The notes: generated by a model from the letters alone, not told the origin. A stretch of DNA of 64,000 nt from Antechinus flavipes (GCF_016432865.1 NC_067400.1:623286001-623350000); one strand, 5' to 3'; counted from the stretch's first letter, positions 1 to 12,600 are shown. Translations and numbers: made by a program.

Positions 1-667
1 GATAATGTTATAGGTATAACACCTGATGAATTAGGAAGAGATTGAGAATAAAATAAATGAAGATTTCACTAGATAAAGTCCCCAATGCCTGACAAGATCA
101 GGAAATGGGGGGGGGGAAGCCTTTTAAGTAGGGACATACACTCCAGGGGACCACTAAAGGACTCTATGGTGTTTATCATTTCTTAGGGATGGACTAAGGA
201 CCACATCGTGTCTTTTCTTTCTCAGGTGGTAGACATTGCCATTGTCTTTTCAGAAATAACCAAAACTATTATATTATTGGTATTATAGTTAAGAATTTTA
301 TCTGCAAAGTAAGCAGTAGGTGGTGCTAGCAATCAAAGCAGTTTCGATTGTAATCATCCTTCAAGCTCCAGGATTCTGTGCTTGGTCCTGGGCTGTTTAA
401 TAGGTTGAAGCTGATCTGCTCTGTTATCCTGGGATAAAGGAAGAGAGTAAGCCATTATCCCTCCAGAAGACTTTTGCCTTTAAGTCACTATCTGGTCACA
501 TGCTAAGATTCAGGCCAGAAATTTATTTTCCATATCACAAGCTCTGCAAAGTTTCAAGGTCAATCTCCACTTCCTCTTCTGGGGAAAAAATTCAGGTCTT
601 GTCTCATTAATAAACAATTATTTCTCATGACCATCTCAACTACATGCAGAAATAATCATACTCTTTT

Positions 668-1050
668 TAGTATTTTATTTTTCCAAATACATGCAAAGAT
701 AATTTTCAACATTCACCTTTGCAAAATATTGTACTCCAAATTTTTTTCCCTTTCTCCCTCCCTTTACCCTAAGACAGCAAGCAATCCAATATAGGTTAAA
801 CCTGAATTCTTTTAAACACATTTCTGTATTTGTCATGCTGCAAAAGAAAAATCTGATCACAAGGGAAAAAATATAAGAAATAAAAAGCAAGCAAATAACA
901 ACAAAGAGGTGAAAATGCTGAGCTGTGAAGCACATTAGCCTCCATAATTTTCTCTTTGGATATGGTTGGACTTGCCATCACAAGTCTATTAGAATTGTCT
1001 TGGATCACCTTATTGTTGGCAAAAGCTAAGTGGTGGTCATACTCTTGACC
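668..1050 (-). mobile_element. LINE-1 3' end/3'UTR fragment (marsupial type)
   Basis: T-rich start then ...ttttcaacattcacctttgcaaaa...agacagcaagcaatccaatataggttaaac..., the same family as 34195-34615 and the reverse complement of the 3' part of 22755-23979. Boundaries approximate. Confidence 0.7.
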
Positions 1051-1269
1051 TTACCATCATCCACAAGTGTTTGACTTTCACATTTGTGAACCTAAACTTC
1101 CTTTATCTTATCATAATATTTCATCATTTTCTTTCCCTCTGTTTTATAAACTTTGACCCATTTCTTCATTCTCCCAACCCCTTGCCTTCATTAAGGCAAG
1201 ACAATTCTTTTTTCCTACTCACCAAAAGATTTCCAACCCTTTTTAACCTTTATTGTGACTTCTAAGGAT

Positions 1270-1870
1270 TCCCCTCCTCTTACCCTCTCAGCTGAGAGTC
1301 ATTTCCCATTTTACTAAAAAAAAAAAAAAAAAAAAAAAAAAAGATTGAGGGCCTTCCTAAGGAGCTCTCTCTTCTTTCTTCCTGGTTTCACTTCACTCCG
1401 ATACTTTCTGCCATCTCTTCCTTCATCCCTCTCTCTCGTAAAGAAATGGTCCTTCTCCTTGTCAAAACAAACTCTTTACATGCACAAGTGATCCCATTCC
1501 ATCTTATCTCTTTTAGTAGATTTCCCATCTACATCCCCACTCTCTCACTAATCTCTCTCCCTATCTACTGGGTATTTCCTTACTGCCTAAAATGCACCCA
1601 TTTGTCCTCCTTCCCTAAAAGTTTATTACTTGATCTAGCTATCAAGCTATTGTCATGCTATATCTCTTTTTTTTTTTCCTAGCAAAACTCCTTGAGAGCC
1701 ACCTAAAACAGTACCTTTCCTCTAAGTCCCTTCTTAAGTCTGTGCCACTTGACTTCTAACTTCATTTAACTCAAATTGTTATCAGTGGTCTCTTAATTGC
1801 CAAATCTAAACCAATTCTCCTCTTTCTTGATCTCTCTGGAGTCTATATCACTTGATCATCCTCTTGTTTT
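1270..1870 (+). mobile_element. Degenerate LINE-2 fragment
   Basis: Pyrimidine-rich L2-like ORF2 relic (gtgatcccattccatc..., cttgatctctctggagtc...) similar to 37500-39300. Recognised by eye. Confidence 0.5.
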
Positions 1871-1943
1871 TAGGTTTTAACCCAGGCTTCCTCTCTTGTA
1901 ACAGAAGTGATGGACCCAGGATGCAGAAGCAGACAGACTGTCA

Positions 1944-1945
<2 letters not shown>

Positions 1946-2008
<63 letters not shown>
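1946..2008. repeat. (CA)n microsatellite
   Basis: Uninterrupted CA run of about 31 units. Confidence 0.98.
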
Positions 2009-2009
<1 letters not shown>

Positions 2010-2229
2010 AATTTTTTTAGCCTGACTAAAGCAGGAATTTCTTTCCTTGACTGTGCATATTTGTTACAAAGATACAAAAATGTTTCCCATTTGGGATGGG
2101 GATGGAAAAAGAGGGAGAGAAAACAATTTTTTTATTTAAAAAAATTTAATTAAAAAGTACTCCACTGACTCTTCTCGGCTAATCTCTTGTTTGTACCCGA
2201 AGAACTTTGTTTTTTAAGGGAAGCTTATT

Positions 2230-3690
2230 TAAATTAATTTCTTAAGAAAAAAGCATCAGCATAGACGAATTTATAAGTGAATTCTACCCAACATTTCAAG
2301 ATCAACTAATTCCTATTTTTAAAAAAACAACTTGGAATAACAGGCAAAGAAGGAGTCCTACTCAAATCTTTTTGCGAAACAAAAATGAGCTGATACCTAA
2401 ATCAGGAAGAGCAAAAACAGAGAAAGAAAATTACAGACAAATTTCACCAATGTATATGGATGCAAAAATCCTAAATAAAATGCTAGCTAGGAGATTACAA
2501 TATATCACAAAGATCATATATGATGGCCAAGTGAGATTTTCACCAGGAATGCAGGGATGTTTTAACATAAGGAAAACTATTAATATAATTGATTCTAACA
2601 ATAATAAAAAGGTTTTTTTTAATAATATGAAGCTTGACAAACTACAACACTCACTCCTATTAAAAATACTTGAAAGCATAGCTATCTATGGATTTTCCCT
2701 TAAAATGATAAGAAGCACTTCCTAAAACCACAAGCTAGATGTTTTCCCAATAAGATCAGAAGTCAAACAAGGATGCCCATTATCATTAATATTATTCAAT
2801 AGTGTATTAGAAATGCTTGCAATAAGAATAGAAGTAAAATAAATTGATAGAATCAAAATGGACAATGAGATAATAAAACTATCTCATTTTACAGACAATA
2901 TGATGATATATTTGCAAATTCTAGAGATTCAACTAAAAAGTTAGTGAAAACAATGAATGATTTTAGCAAAGTAACAGGATAAAAAATAAACTCACATAAA
3001 TTATCAGCATTTCTATATATCACCAACAAAGAGATAATAAAACACACTCCATTTAAGATAACTATAAATAGTATAAACTATCTGAGAGTATATTTGCTAA
3101 GACAAATCCAGGAACTATACATATATATTTCTAAAACACTTTTTATACAAAGAAAGTCCAATTCAAATAATTGGAGAAATATTAATTGGTCACGGGTGAG
3201 TAGAGCCAATATAATAAAATATGACAATTCTACCTAAACTAATCAATTTATTCAATGCCTTTCCTAATAAATTAGCAAAAATTGTTTTATGAAATTAGAA
3301 AAGTTATAACAAAATTCATTTGGCAGAACAAAAATGTCAAGAATACCAAAGGAATTAATGGGAAAATGTAAGGGAATGAGAGTTGACAATTCCAGGTCTT
3401 GGACTATATTATAAGGCAATAATTATCAAAATTATCTGGAATTAGGTAAGAAATAGAAAGGTGAATCAGTGGAACAGAATACATAGTAGTAAATGATTAT
3501 AGTAAGCTTATGTTTGAGAAATGTAAAGATTTAAGCTTGTAGGATAATAATTTAGTATTTGGTAAAAATTGGTGGGGAAACTGGAAAATAATCTGGCTGA
3601 AACTGGGTATAGATCAATATCTTATAGCATTTACCAAGATAAGATCAAAGTGAATACATGACCTACATAATAAAATTGGTAAATAGGAGA
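2230..3690 (+). mobile_element. LINE-1 ORF2 reverse-transcriptase fragment (disrupted)
   Basis: ORF 2372-2725 QISPMYMDAKILNKMLARRLQ...GMQGCFNIRKTINII matches the L1 RT motif. Downstream caaggatgcccattatca (QGCPLS) and ctatctcattttacagacaatatgatg (degenerate LSLFADDM) carry stops and frameshifts. Confidence 0.92.
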
Positions 3691-4519
3691 ATGCATAGTA
3701 TGGTTTTGCATATGTATGTGTGCACATAGACACATATACATACATACAAATAAACATATATGTGTGTCTGTATCTGTGTCAAATAGTGGTCTTCTCTAGT
3801 ATAAGGTAGGGAGGTTTGGAACTTAAAATATAACAAAAATAATAAATTAAATAGTTTAAAAAGAGCATTTACTGAATATTAGTCATAAAGAGCATTTTTT
3901 TTTTTACAAACTAAAGAGGCTGAAATATAACCAAATCTAGTTTTTTTTTAAATTAATAATTAAAACTTACTTGAAAATATAAATATCAAAAAGCCTTTTA
4001 TTTTTACTTCCCACAAAATATAAAAAAAGTTTTCAGTCTTGGCTTGGCTAAAAAAGCACTTTTTCCATTTGGCCTCCTTTCATGGTAGGCAAGGCTAAGT
4101 AGTTTAGGAACTGGTGATCAAAGGCATAGCCTTTGAAGATTTAACATTTTAGCCTTTTTACTTTCCCTTATCACAACAGCTTCAGAGTCATGTGATATAA
4201 AAAGTCTTGGAAACAAAATGCCCAGATGGGCCAAATTGGGTGGGGAAAAGGGATATCTTCCCCAGACTGCTGTAGGTGGCTGAAATCCCTCCCAGCAGGG
4301 ACTGCCTGGAGGAAGGGAAGGGGGAAGACAGATAATACTCCGGACCTCAACAGGGACAATGAAGTCAGAAAAAGTATAGAATATCCCCAAAAGGATCACA
4401 CAGGGGCCTTAAAATGAGGGGGAGCTAGTTGCTAGACATGCCTTTTTCTTCCTTTCAATTAAAACTCCATGGGAATGACTGAAAAGAAAAAACTGAGAAG
4501 CGGAGGAAATCAGGAATCC

Positions 4520-5490
4520 CTAACAGCCTGGAAACCTGATGGATTCTCCCTCCCTTTTCCCCTCCTTCCCTTTCTGCTTCCTCCTCTTCTCCCTCTCTCT
4601 CCCTCTCAATCTTTCTCTCTATCCATCCACCTCTGTGTGTGTCTGTCTCTTTCACTTTCCTGTCTCTTTCTATCTCTGTCTTTGTGTCTGTCTCTATTTC
4701 CCTCTGTCTCTGTCTTTCTCTTTCAATCCCTCCCTCCCTCACTCTTTCTCAATCTCTCTTTATCCATCTACCTCTTTCTCTTTCCCCCTCTCTGTATCTG
4801 TCTCTTTTCTTCTTTCTCTTTGTGTGTGTCTGTCTCTCTCACTCTATTTCTCTCTTCCTATCTGTCTCCATCTCTCCCTCTTTCTCAATCTCTCTTTATC
4901 CATATGCCTCTTTCTCTCCCCCCCATCTCTCTCTTTTCTTTTCTTTTCCTCTCCCTGTGTCTTTCTCTCTATCTCTATGTCTGTCTTTGTCACATTATTT
5001 CTCTCTTTCCTATCTCTGTCTCTGTCTATCCCTTCCCCTCCCTTTCTCAACCTCTCTTTATCCATTCGCCTCTCTCTCTTCTTCACCTCTCTCTATCTGT
5101 CTCTTTTTCTGTCTTTGTATCTCTTTTCTTTTCCTCTCCCTCTAGCTTTCTGTCTCTCTCACTCTCTTTTTCCTCTCTTCCTATTTCTCTGTCTCTGTCT
5201 CTCTCTTTCCCAATCTCTCTTTACCCATTTATCTTCTTTCTCAGCCTCTCTTTATCCACTCACCTCTCTCTGTATCTGTCTCTTTTTCTGTCTTTGTATC
5301 TCTTTTCTTTGTATCTCTTTTCTTTTCCTCTCCCTCTGTCTCTTTCTCTGTCTCTCTTTTTCTCTCTCTCCCTATCTCTCTCTTTCCCAATCTCTCTTTA
5401 TCCATCCACCTCTCTCTGTCTCTTTTTCTCTGTCTCTGCTTCTCTCTTCTTTCCCTCTCCCTCTGTCTGTCTCTCTCCGTCTCTGTCTCT
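4520..5490. repeat. ~1 kb polypyrimidine (TC/TCTG) low-complexity tract
   Basis: Almost only C/T on the + strand, with a recurring motif caatctctctttatccat. It explains the spurious S/L/F-rich ORFs. Confidence 0.9.
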
Positions 5491-5499
5491 GTGAGCCCC

Positions 5500-7000
5500 G
5501 GAGCAGATCTTTGGAAGGTTACAGCCTCCGGCGACCAGAGCAGAGCAGCGGGACATCGCCCCCTCCCCTCCCCCTCATCCCCTCTCCGCCCCGTAGGCAG
5601 CAGGGAGTCAGTCAGAGAAGGGCGCCGGGAGCCGCGTCTAAGCCTTCCTGACCAGGCTCGGGCTTCCCGGGTCCGTCCCTGAAGCACCGATCTCTCCGGT
5701 CAGGAGGCTTTGGGCTTCGGCAGTTTGCGCTTAAGACTAGATGCAACGCAGTCGCGAAATGAGATCCACAAGCCCCGGCGCGCAGCAGCAGCAGCAGCAG
5801 CATCTCCCCGGCCCGCGGCGGCCGCCCGCGTCCTCGGCGCTTTAGCGCTGGGAGCTGTCCCGCCTCCCGGCGGGCCTCGGGACAGCTGCTGGCCACAAGG
5901 GCCCGCGGCCTCCCGGCAGCGCTCGGAGGCCCGCAGCCCACCCACCTCGCCCCGCCCCCGCGCTCTAGGAGGTCCAATCCGCGACCTTTCCAGTGTCCTG
6001 ACTGCCTCTGACCACTCCCCCCAAAGACCAGAGAGGTCTTCTCCTCCTGGGGGGGAGGGGCAAGCTCGTTCGGTCCCCGGAGGGAGCCCCTTCGGCAGAA
6101 CCGAGCAGGGAGGGGCAAGTGGCGAGGAAAGTGAAAAGGAGAATGTCCCAGGGACGGATACTTGCCGGGACAGTGCGGGTGGGGGTGGGGTGAACAAAGT
6201 GCTCATTCCTCCGGGATGGGAGGGCCTTCTTCCCTCTTCAGGTATCCCCAACAGGACGAGCCCCTTGGGGTACCCTCGTGGTGCCCCGGCTGCCCGTCGC
6301 GGTCCCGCGGCTGCCCGTCGAGATCCCACGGCTGCCCCATCGCTCTTGGCTCTAAGTCCTTGCAATGGCAGTTGTTCAAGTCTGGAAAGGACCTTGAACT
6401 TCTCTGATTTCCTCTCACCTACCAAGCCGTCAATGGCGGACCCACATTTAAGCAGGCCGGCTGCCCAGAGAGCGGGAAGGTCCAAATGCCCGGATGAGAC
6501 CCTCCCCCAGGAGCAGGAAGAGCCGGCGAGCCCGTGTTAAGTCTGGAAGATGGACACGAAGCAACGCGGAAGGAAACGCGGTGTCTCGCAGTGTTCCGGG
6601 GACCCAAGAGGGAACCGCGCCTCGGGCAAATACGCCGAGAGCGCCGAGAAGCGGAGCAGGGTGGCTTTTCGGCTGCAGCCGGCCCTTTACGTGCGGCTCT
6701 AAGAGACTGGAAGGACATGATGGCTCATACGTCAGGTCAACGCTCGAGGACTGATTGCCAGGGTCACGCCTGTCCCCAAAGTCACTGGTCTAGTTTCGTG
6801 GCGTGCTGCGGGGATAGCTCCCCGCTTAAGGGTCCGAGGCGCTGGGGCTGGAGAAGGAAGGAGACATGGGAGGTGAGCAGTTAAAGGGAGAAGCCGGGGA
6901 GCAGCCGAGGGGGCAGACCGCATGCAGACAGGGCAGGAGCTGCACCGAGCTGGAGGAAAAAGCACAGCTGTTTTACCCGGAACTGCAGGGCAAGGCACAC
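5500..7000. promoter_or_regulatory. CpG-island-like GC-rich region with (CAG)6; no gene assigned
   Basis: Dense CpG in an otherwise AT-rich, repeat-rich neighbourhood; gcagcagcagcagcagcagc at about 5783-5801. None of its ORFs resembles a protein I recognise. Confidence 0.5.
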
Positions 7001-7085
7001 TCTACTGGGAGCCGGATGATTGCAGAAAAGCAGGATCACCCTCTGATGTTGTCTGCAGCCTGAGAGAGGGGCAATCTTTCAGAGA

Positions 7086-7319
7086 NNNNNNNNNNNNNNN
7101 NNNNNNNNNNNNNNNNNNNNNNNNNNNNNNNNNNNNNNNNNNNNNNNNNNNNNNNNNNNNNNNNNNNNNNNNNNNNNNNNNNNNNNNNNNNNNNNNNNNN
7201 NNNNNNNNNNNNNNNNNNNNNNNNNNNNNNNNNNNNNNNNNNNNNNNNNNNNNNNNNNNNNNNNNNNNNNNNNNNNNNNNNNNNNNNNNNNNNNNNNNNN
7301 NNNNNNNNNNNNNNNNNNN
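7086..7319. other. Assembly gap (234 N) within a GA microsatellite
   Basis: N run flanked by agaga...acagagacag. Confidence 0.99.
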
Positions 7320-9304
7320 ACAGAGACAGAGAAGAGAGACTGACAGAAAAAAAACTAAGAGGGGCCAGGGTACATTGCAACAGTTTTGCCGAGGGATAAA
7401 AACAGACTCTTTTGCTGATGGAAGGATGGAAGAGCTGGCTAGGGAAGGTGCAGGACCCCATCTCAATTTACAAATTGGGTCCCTGAGCACATCTGAGCGA
7501 GTTTAGCAGATCCTGGGTTTAAGGGAACTGTTTGCTCTGAAAGAGCTTAACATCTTCTCAGAACGCTCTCCCGGGCGCCAGTGCGCTACTTCTCGTTGCT
7601 GTAGCAGCAAGAGGACAGTGTGAAGCAGCTTTCCCCAGTGAGAGAGCGCTGAAGACCAAAAGACAAGGAATTTTTTAAAAAGGAGTTTTGCCCACTAGGT
7701 GACGTAGGGATGCTCCCCAAAGAGCGAAACCCAGGCCGGGAGGGCAGAGTGACGAGTTGCCCCGGTGCAAAGGCTCCTGCCAGCTTTCTGAGTGTGAAGG
7801 CTGTTCTTGCCCAAACTTTCTGTGTATTGCCTGGAAAACGCGACAAAGCTTTCTCTAGACAAAGGTGAACCATCGTAGTTCGAATACTCCTCCCCTCACC
7901 TTATCGCGATACCATATTCCTTTGTGCCTTCCCTTCTTATATATATTTCTGTTAATACATGAACGCAGAGACCTATTTCCCGTTTAAGAGTCGGCAGTGT
8001 CATCTGGAGCTGCTTTTGTATGAATGGGAAGCCCACGAATGGGGGCTCGAAGAAGTAAAAGCGAACCCCCCACGGCAGCCCCCCCCCACGGGGCAGTTAC
8101 CCGGGAACACCCTTCCCAGAAACCCCCGCTCTCCCCCAGAGGGGGCGGGGAGCCACTAGTGGAAGGGAGTGATGCGGCTGCCACAGGAGACATGTCCGGA
8201 CTAGAATCGGACAGACTCGGGCTGGCCCGAAGCCAAGGGAGAGCCGGCTTGGAGGGGGAAGGGGGGACGGCAGCAGGAGAGCCCCGAGGATCCGACTGAG
8301 GCAAGTTGACACCTGCCTCGGGATCCAGCCCCGGGGGATTTGTGCAGCCGTTTGGCCTGGGCCCCTGAAAGGAGAACTGGGTGGGGACCAGTCCTGGAGC
8401 GGGGCTGCTAAGGGACGTGAGCTCTCCTTGAGCTGTCAAAGGAAGGGGGAGGAGGTAGAGCGGGGCTGGAGCCAGTGGTGATTAAAAATGGGGGGAGGGA
8501 GGAGCCAAGGCAGGTTTAGAGCCGAAAGCAGGTCACCCCTGCTGCGGGACCACCCAAGCCCGAGCCCAGCCCCTGCTAGCAAGCAGAGTTGTTTGTCTAA
8601 CGAGCAGAGCCTTCCCCAAGAGCTGGAAAGGGCAGGAGCGGAGCTGATGGAGCTGGGGGCCACAGCGGGGGCAGCGTCCCGGCAGGAGGAAAAATCACCA
8701 AGGGTTTGCTGTCACTCTATGAGGCCCCTTGCGCCCCCATCTCCCCCCCTCCGGAATCGGTTTCCTTACGTGTACAATGAGACGGTTCCCAAGCTACCTT
8801 GTCCTTCTGGAACCCACAACCCCATAAATGCCCCTGCCCTGCTGCCCAACACCCGCCCCTCCTAGTGCCAGGGACTGAACTAGCCACGAGCTCGGCCCCG
8901 GCCTGGAGGACGCCTGCTTCCCTGGCCCGGTCTCCATCGCCCCTTAAAGGCTCAAGAACTAAAAGAACATTTCTAAGCCCCCTCTCAGAAGGGACTTTCT
9001 CTGGCTAAATTTCCCTGCCGGGTGGACATGTGAGAAGAGAAGACAGAAGGGAGACAATAGGAGGGGAAAGGAGTGGAGGCAGGGGAGGAGAGGAGGAAGA
9101 AAGGAGTGAAGGGAGGAGAGAAGAAGGGGAGAAGAAGAAAGGAGTGAAGGGAGGGAGGGAGGAGAGGAAAGAAGTGCAAGGAGGGGGGAGGAGACCCTCC
9201 TAGAAGTTGGGGGGATGATCAGACTTCCAGATCCAAAAGAGACTTTAAAAAATAAGTGCTTCGGGGGAAACCCAGGCCAGGATCGAGGCCTTGGCAAGGC
9301 GAAG

Positions 9305-9500
9305 CAGCCAATCGGAATGGTTGCTCAGACTTCCTGCTGCCTAGCCTGGGTCGCCACCACCAAGGGTGCAGGGGGTCCGTCCCTGAGAAGGAAAGGCTGG
9401 AAGGCGCCATCCTTCTCGGAAGGGGCTGCCACATCCGAGGAGGAAGTCGGTGATCATCCCAGAAGGAAGCTGGGTAACACTGGGCCCAGGAGATAAATGC
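9305..9500 (+). promoter_or_regulatory. Candidate megakaryocytic promoter of the GP6-like gene (CCAAT, Ets, GATA)
   Basis: gCCAATc at about 9308, acttcctg (Ets, reverse) at about 9330, AGGAAGT at 9441-9447 and AGATAA at 9491-9496, all 130-320 bp upstream of the ATG. Human GP6 is GATA/Ets driven. Confidence 0.45.
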
Positions 9501-9626
9501 TCCCCCCTGAGGCAGCCCAGAGGCAGACTCTCTGCCTCAGAACCTCACTTTGGTAAGTCTCCTCAGGGTGTGAGGAGACAAGGATCCATCCGCCTCCTGA
9601 CCCCCCTGGAGGCCCCGATCAGGACC

Positions 9627-9660
9627 ATGGGCTCCTCCCTCCCTCCCCTACTTTTATTTG
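9627..9660 (+). CDS. GP6: GP6-like exon 1 (leader, [11 protein letters not shown])
   Basis: gaccATGG start; 34 nt, the canonical LRC leader-1 size; donor gtgagt. Confidence 0.85.
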
Positions 9661-12600
9661 GTGAGTCCCAAGAAAGTGTGAGAGGGTCTCGCTGGAGAAG
9701 GGGATCTCCTGGGAGACAGAGTGGAAAACGGGTGGGGGGGGGGGGGCGAGCCTGACTGGGGAGGGGGCTGGAAGACCTGAGGCGGGGCAGGAAAGTGAGG
9801 GCACAGATCTAGTCCTGGCTGCCCAGTCCCAGCTGTGCCCTCCTGAACAAGTCATTGCCCTGCCCGGAACATCAGTTTCCCCCTCTGTGAAATAGGGGGT
9901 CAGACTCCATGATCTTAAGGTTCCTTCCAGCAAATATCTGGTGACTCTTGGAGGCCCAGAGAAACCCAGGATTCAGTCCCGGGGACATTTCTGCACCCCC
10001 GGGAGGGAAATGTTTGCCTCTCACCGGCTCTTCTCCTCTAGGCCTGGGTCTGAGCCTGGGGATCAAAGCACAAAGAGGTGAGTCTCCCCCCAGCAGACAG
10101 GCGTCCCAGAGCGGGTGCTGGGGAGGGGGAGCCGGGGAGACGGGCAGACGGGCCTGGAGCTCAGGACTCTAAATCTCTTCCAGAATTTCTCTCCAAACCC
10201 ATTCTCTGGGCAAAGCCTAGCTCCATGGTGGCCCAGGAGACGGACGTGATCCTGTGGTGCCAGGGCCCCCCTGGAGTTGACATGTACCGCCTGGAGCGAC
10301 TGGGCTCCTCCAGGGACTATAAGGACCAGCCTGGCCTTCCGGAGCCCGGAGCTCAGGCTCGGTTCCCCTTGGGGAGCGCATCCTCCAACATTGCTGGCAA
10401 GTACAGATGCTCCTACAGTACCGGGAGCCGCTGGTCACAGCCCAGCACCCAGCTGGAGCTGGTGGTGACAGGTGAGGGGAGACCCCGAGGAGACCAGCTA
10501 GCGCTGAAGCCTGGGAGCCAAGAAGGGGGAGCTGGGCTGGGGGAGCCCTGGCTCAGGGAGCAGGATCAGAGGTGGGGGAAGAAAGAGGGAGACTGAACCT
10601 TGGGGTGAGCTCCCCCGGAGGGGGTTCCCGTACAAATGCGCACAGCTCCCCGGAAGGGAGGGCGTACAAATGCGCACAGCTCCCCGGAGGGGAGGGCGTA
10701 CAAATGCGCACAGCTCCCTGGAGGGGGCTCCCTGTACAAATGCGCACAGGTCCCCGGAGGGAGGGGGACGTACAAATGCGCACAGCTCACCCGGAGCGGG
10801 GTCCCGTACAAATGCGCACAGCTCCCCGGAGGGGGGGTCCCTGTACAAATGCGCACAGCTCCCCGGAGGGGGGGTCCCTGTACAAATGCGCACAGGTCCC
10901 CGGAGGTGGGGGGCTCCCTGTACAAATGCGCACAGGTCCCCGGAGGTGGGGGGCTCCCTGTACAAATGCGCACAGGTCCCCGGAGGTGGGGGGGCTCCCT
11001 GTACAAATACGCACAGCTCCCCTGGAGGGGAGTCCCGTACAAATGCGCACAGCTCCCCCAGAGGGGAGGGCGTACAAAAGCGCACAGCTCCCCGGAGGTG
11101 GGGGGTCCCTGTACAAATGCGCACAGCTCCCCCGGAGGGGGGGCTCTCCTGGAACAGGGGGCTCCCTATAACATCCCATCTCCTTTTCCTCAGACTTGTA
11201 TGACAAACCCTTCCTCTCCATCCTGCCCAGCGCCGAGGTATCTTCCGGGGAAAGTGTCACGTTCTCCTGCAGCTCCAAACATGGCTTTAACACGTTTGTG
11301 TTGGCCAAGGAGGGCAGAGCGGGCATCTGGAAGACCCAGGAAGGGAAGTCCCCCGTCCACTTCTCCGTCCCTGCGGTGACCGCCGGCCACGGAGGCACCT
11401 ACAAGTGCTATGCATTTAACAGTCGGTTACCCTACCTGTGGACGGCCCCCAGTGAGCTGCTGGAGCTCCGGGTCAAAGGTGCGGGATGCCCAGCCAGCAT
11501 CCCCAGCCCTCTCCCGCCAGGCCTAGGACCCCTAGCTGCTCTCCAGGGCCCCCTCCTCCTCAGAGGTCGGAGGGCAGAAGGCCCATGCTTCCCAAGGGAA
11601 CCCGAGGCAGGGGACAGAGGCAGGGGTCCGAGAGGGAGCCCGGGGAGGATGAGTATCTCCGCCCAAGCTATCCCGCTCCCCCGACTCAGTCTCAGTGGCT
11701 CCTTGAGTTGAACTGATTGAAATGAGACTGAGCTAAGATGAGGGCAGAGACTCGGTGCTGTCCAGAAGTGGAGGGGGAGGGGGGAAGAGGGAGGAAGCGC
11801 CCTGGCTTTGGAACCTGGATCTCAATTCGGATCCTGTCGCTGAAAGTGGGGGCTGGGCTAGCTTCCACCAGCCTGTGCTCTCTGAGGGAGAAGGAAAGGA
11901 GGGGACAGGAGACAATAACAATACTTCCTCTATTCCCAGGACTCCCTCGAGCCCCTTCCCCAACAGAGTCAGATGCTCAGACTGGTGAGTAAGGCCGTCG
12001 CCGGGCTCCTGGGCAAAGGGTGCCCATGGCAGGCATGCATACCCGCAAAGGCTCCCCATGGTGGGATCTGTACCCACAAAGACTCCCCATGGCGGGCATC
12101 CGTACCTGTAAAAGCTCCCCATGGCGGGCATCCATACCTGCAAAGGCTCCCCATGGCGGGCATCCGTACCTGCAAAAGCTCCCCATGGTGGGATCTGTAC
12201 CCACAAAAGCTCCCCATGGCGGGCATCCATACCTGCAAAAGCTCCCCATGGCGGGCATCCATACCTGCAAAGGCTCCCCATGGCGGGCATCCGTACCTGC
12301 AAAAGCTCCTCATGGCGGGCATCCGTACCCACAAAGGCTCCCCATGGCGGGCATCCGTACCTGTAAAAGCTCCCCACAGTGGGCAGCCGCACCCCCAGCT
12401 CTCACTGGGGGCCCCACATTTTCTCGGCTGTCCTCCCTGGGGGCAGGGGTGGGGTTCAAGTAGCAGTGTGGCGGTGGGGAAAGAGCCCTGGCTTTGGAAC
12501 CAGTGCTAGGTCGGAACTGGGGCTCTGCCTCTCGCCAGCTGAGGGTTTACTGGCACCTCACTTAATTCTCTGGTGCATCTGTAAGATGGGGGCTGGGCTA

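Noticed and set aside
4469-5651. 341-aa and 370-aa S/L/F-rich ORFs that look like membrane proteins
   Set aside because: Artefacts of the TC low-complexity tract.
5612-5830. RDH13 or a secreted-protein exon in the orphan CpG island (ARRGLWISF; MLLLLLLRAGA)
   Set aside because: The similarity to the RDH13 C-terminus is only a few residues and on the wrong strand for the expected synteny. The poly-Leu comes from the CAG repeat.
6922-7506. ORFs spanning N gaps (also 47226-48080, 49625-50402)
   Set aside because: They stay open only because unknown bases translate as X.
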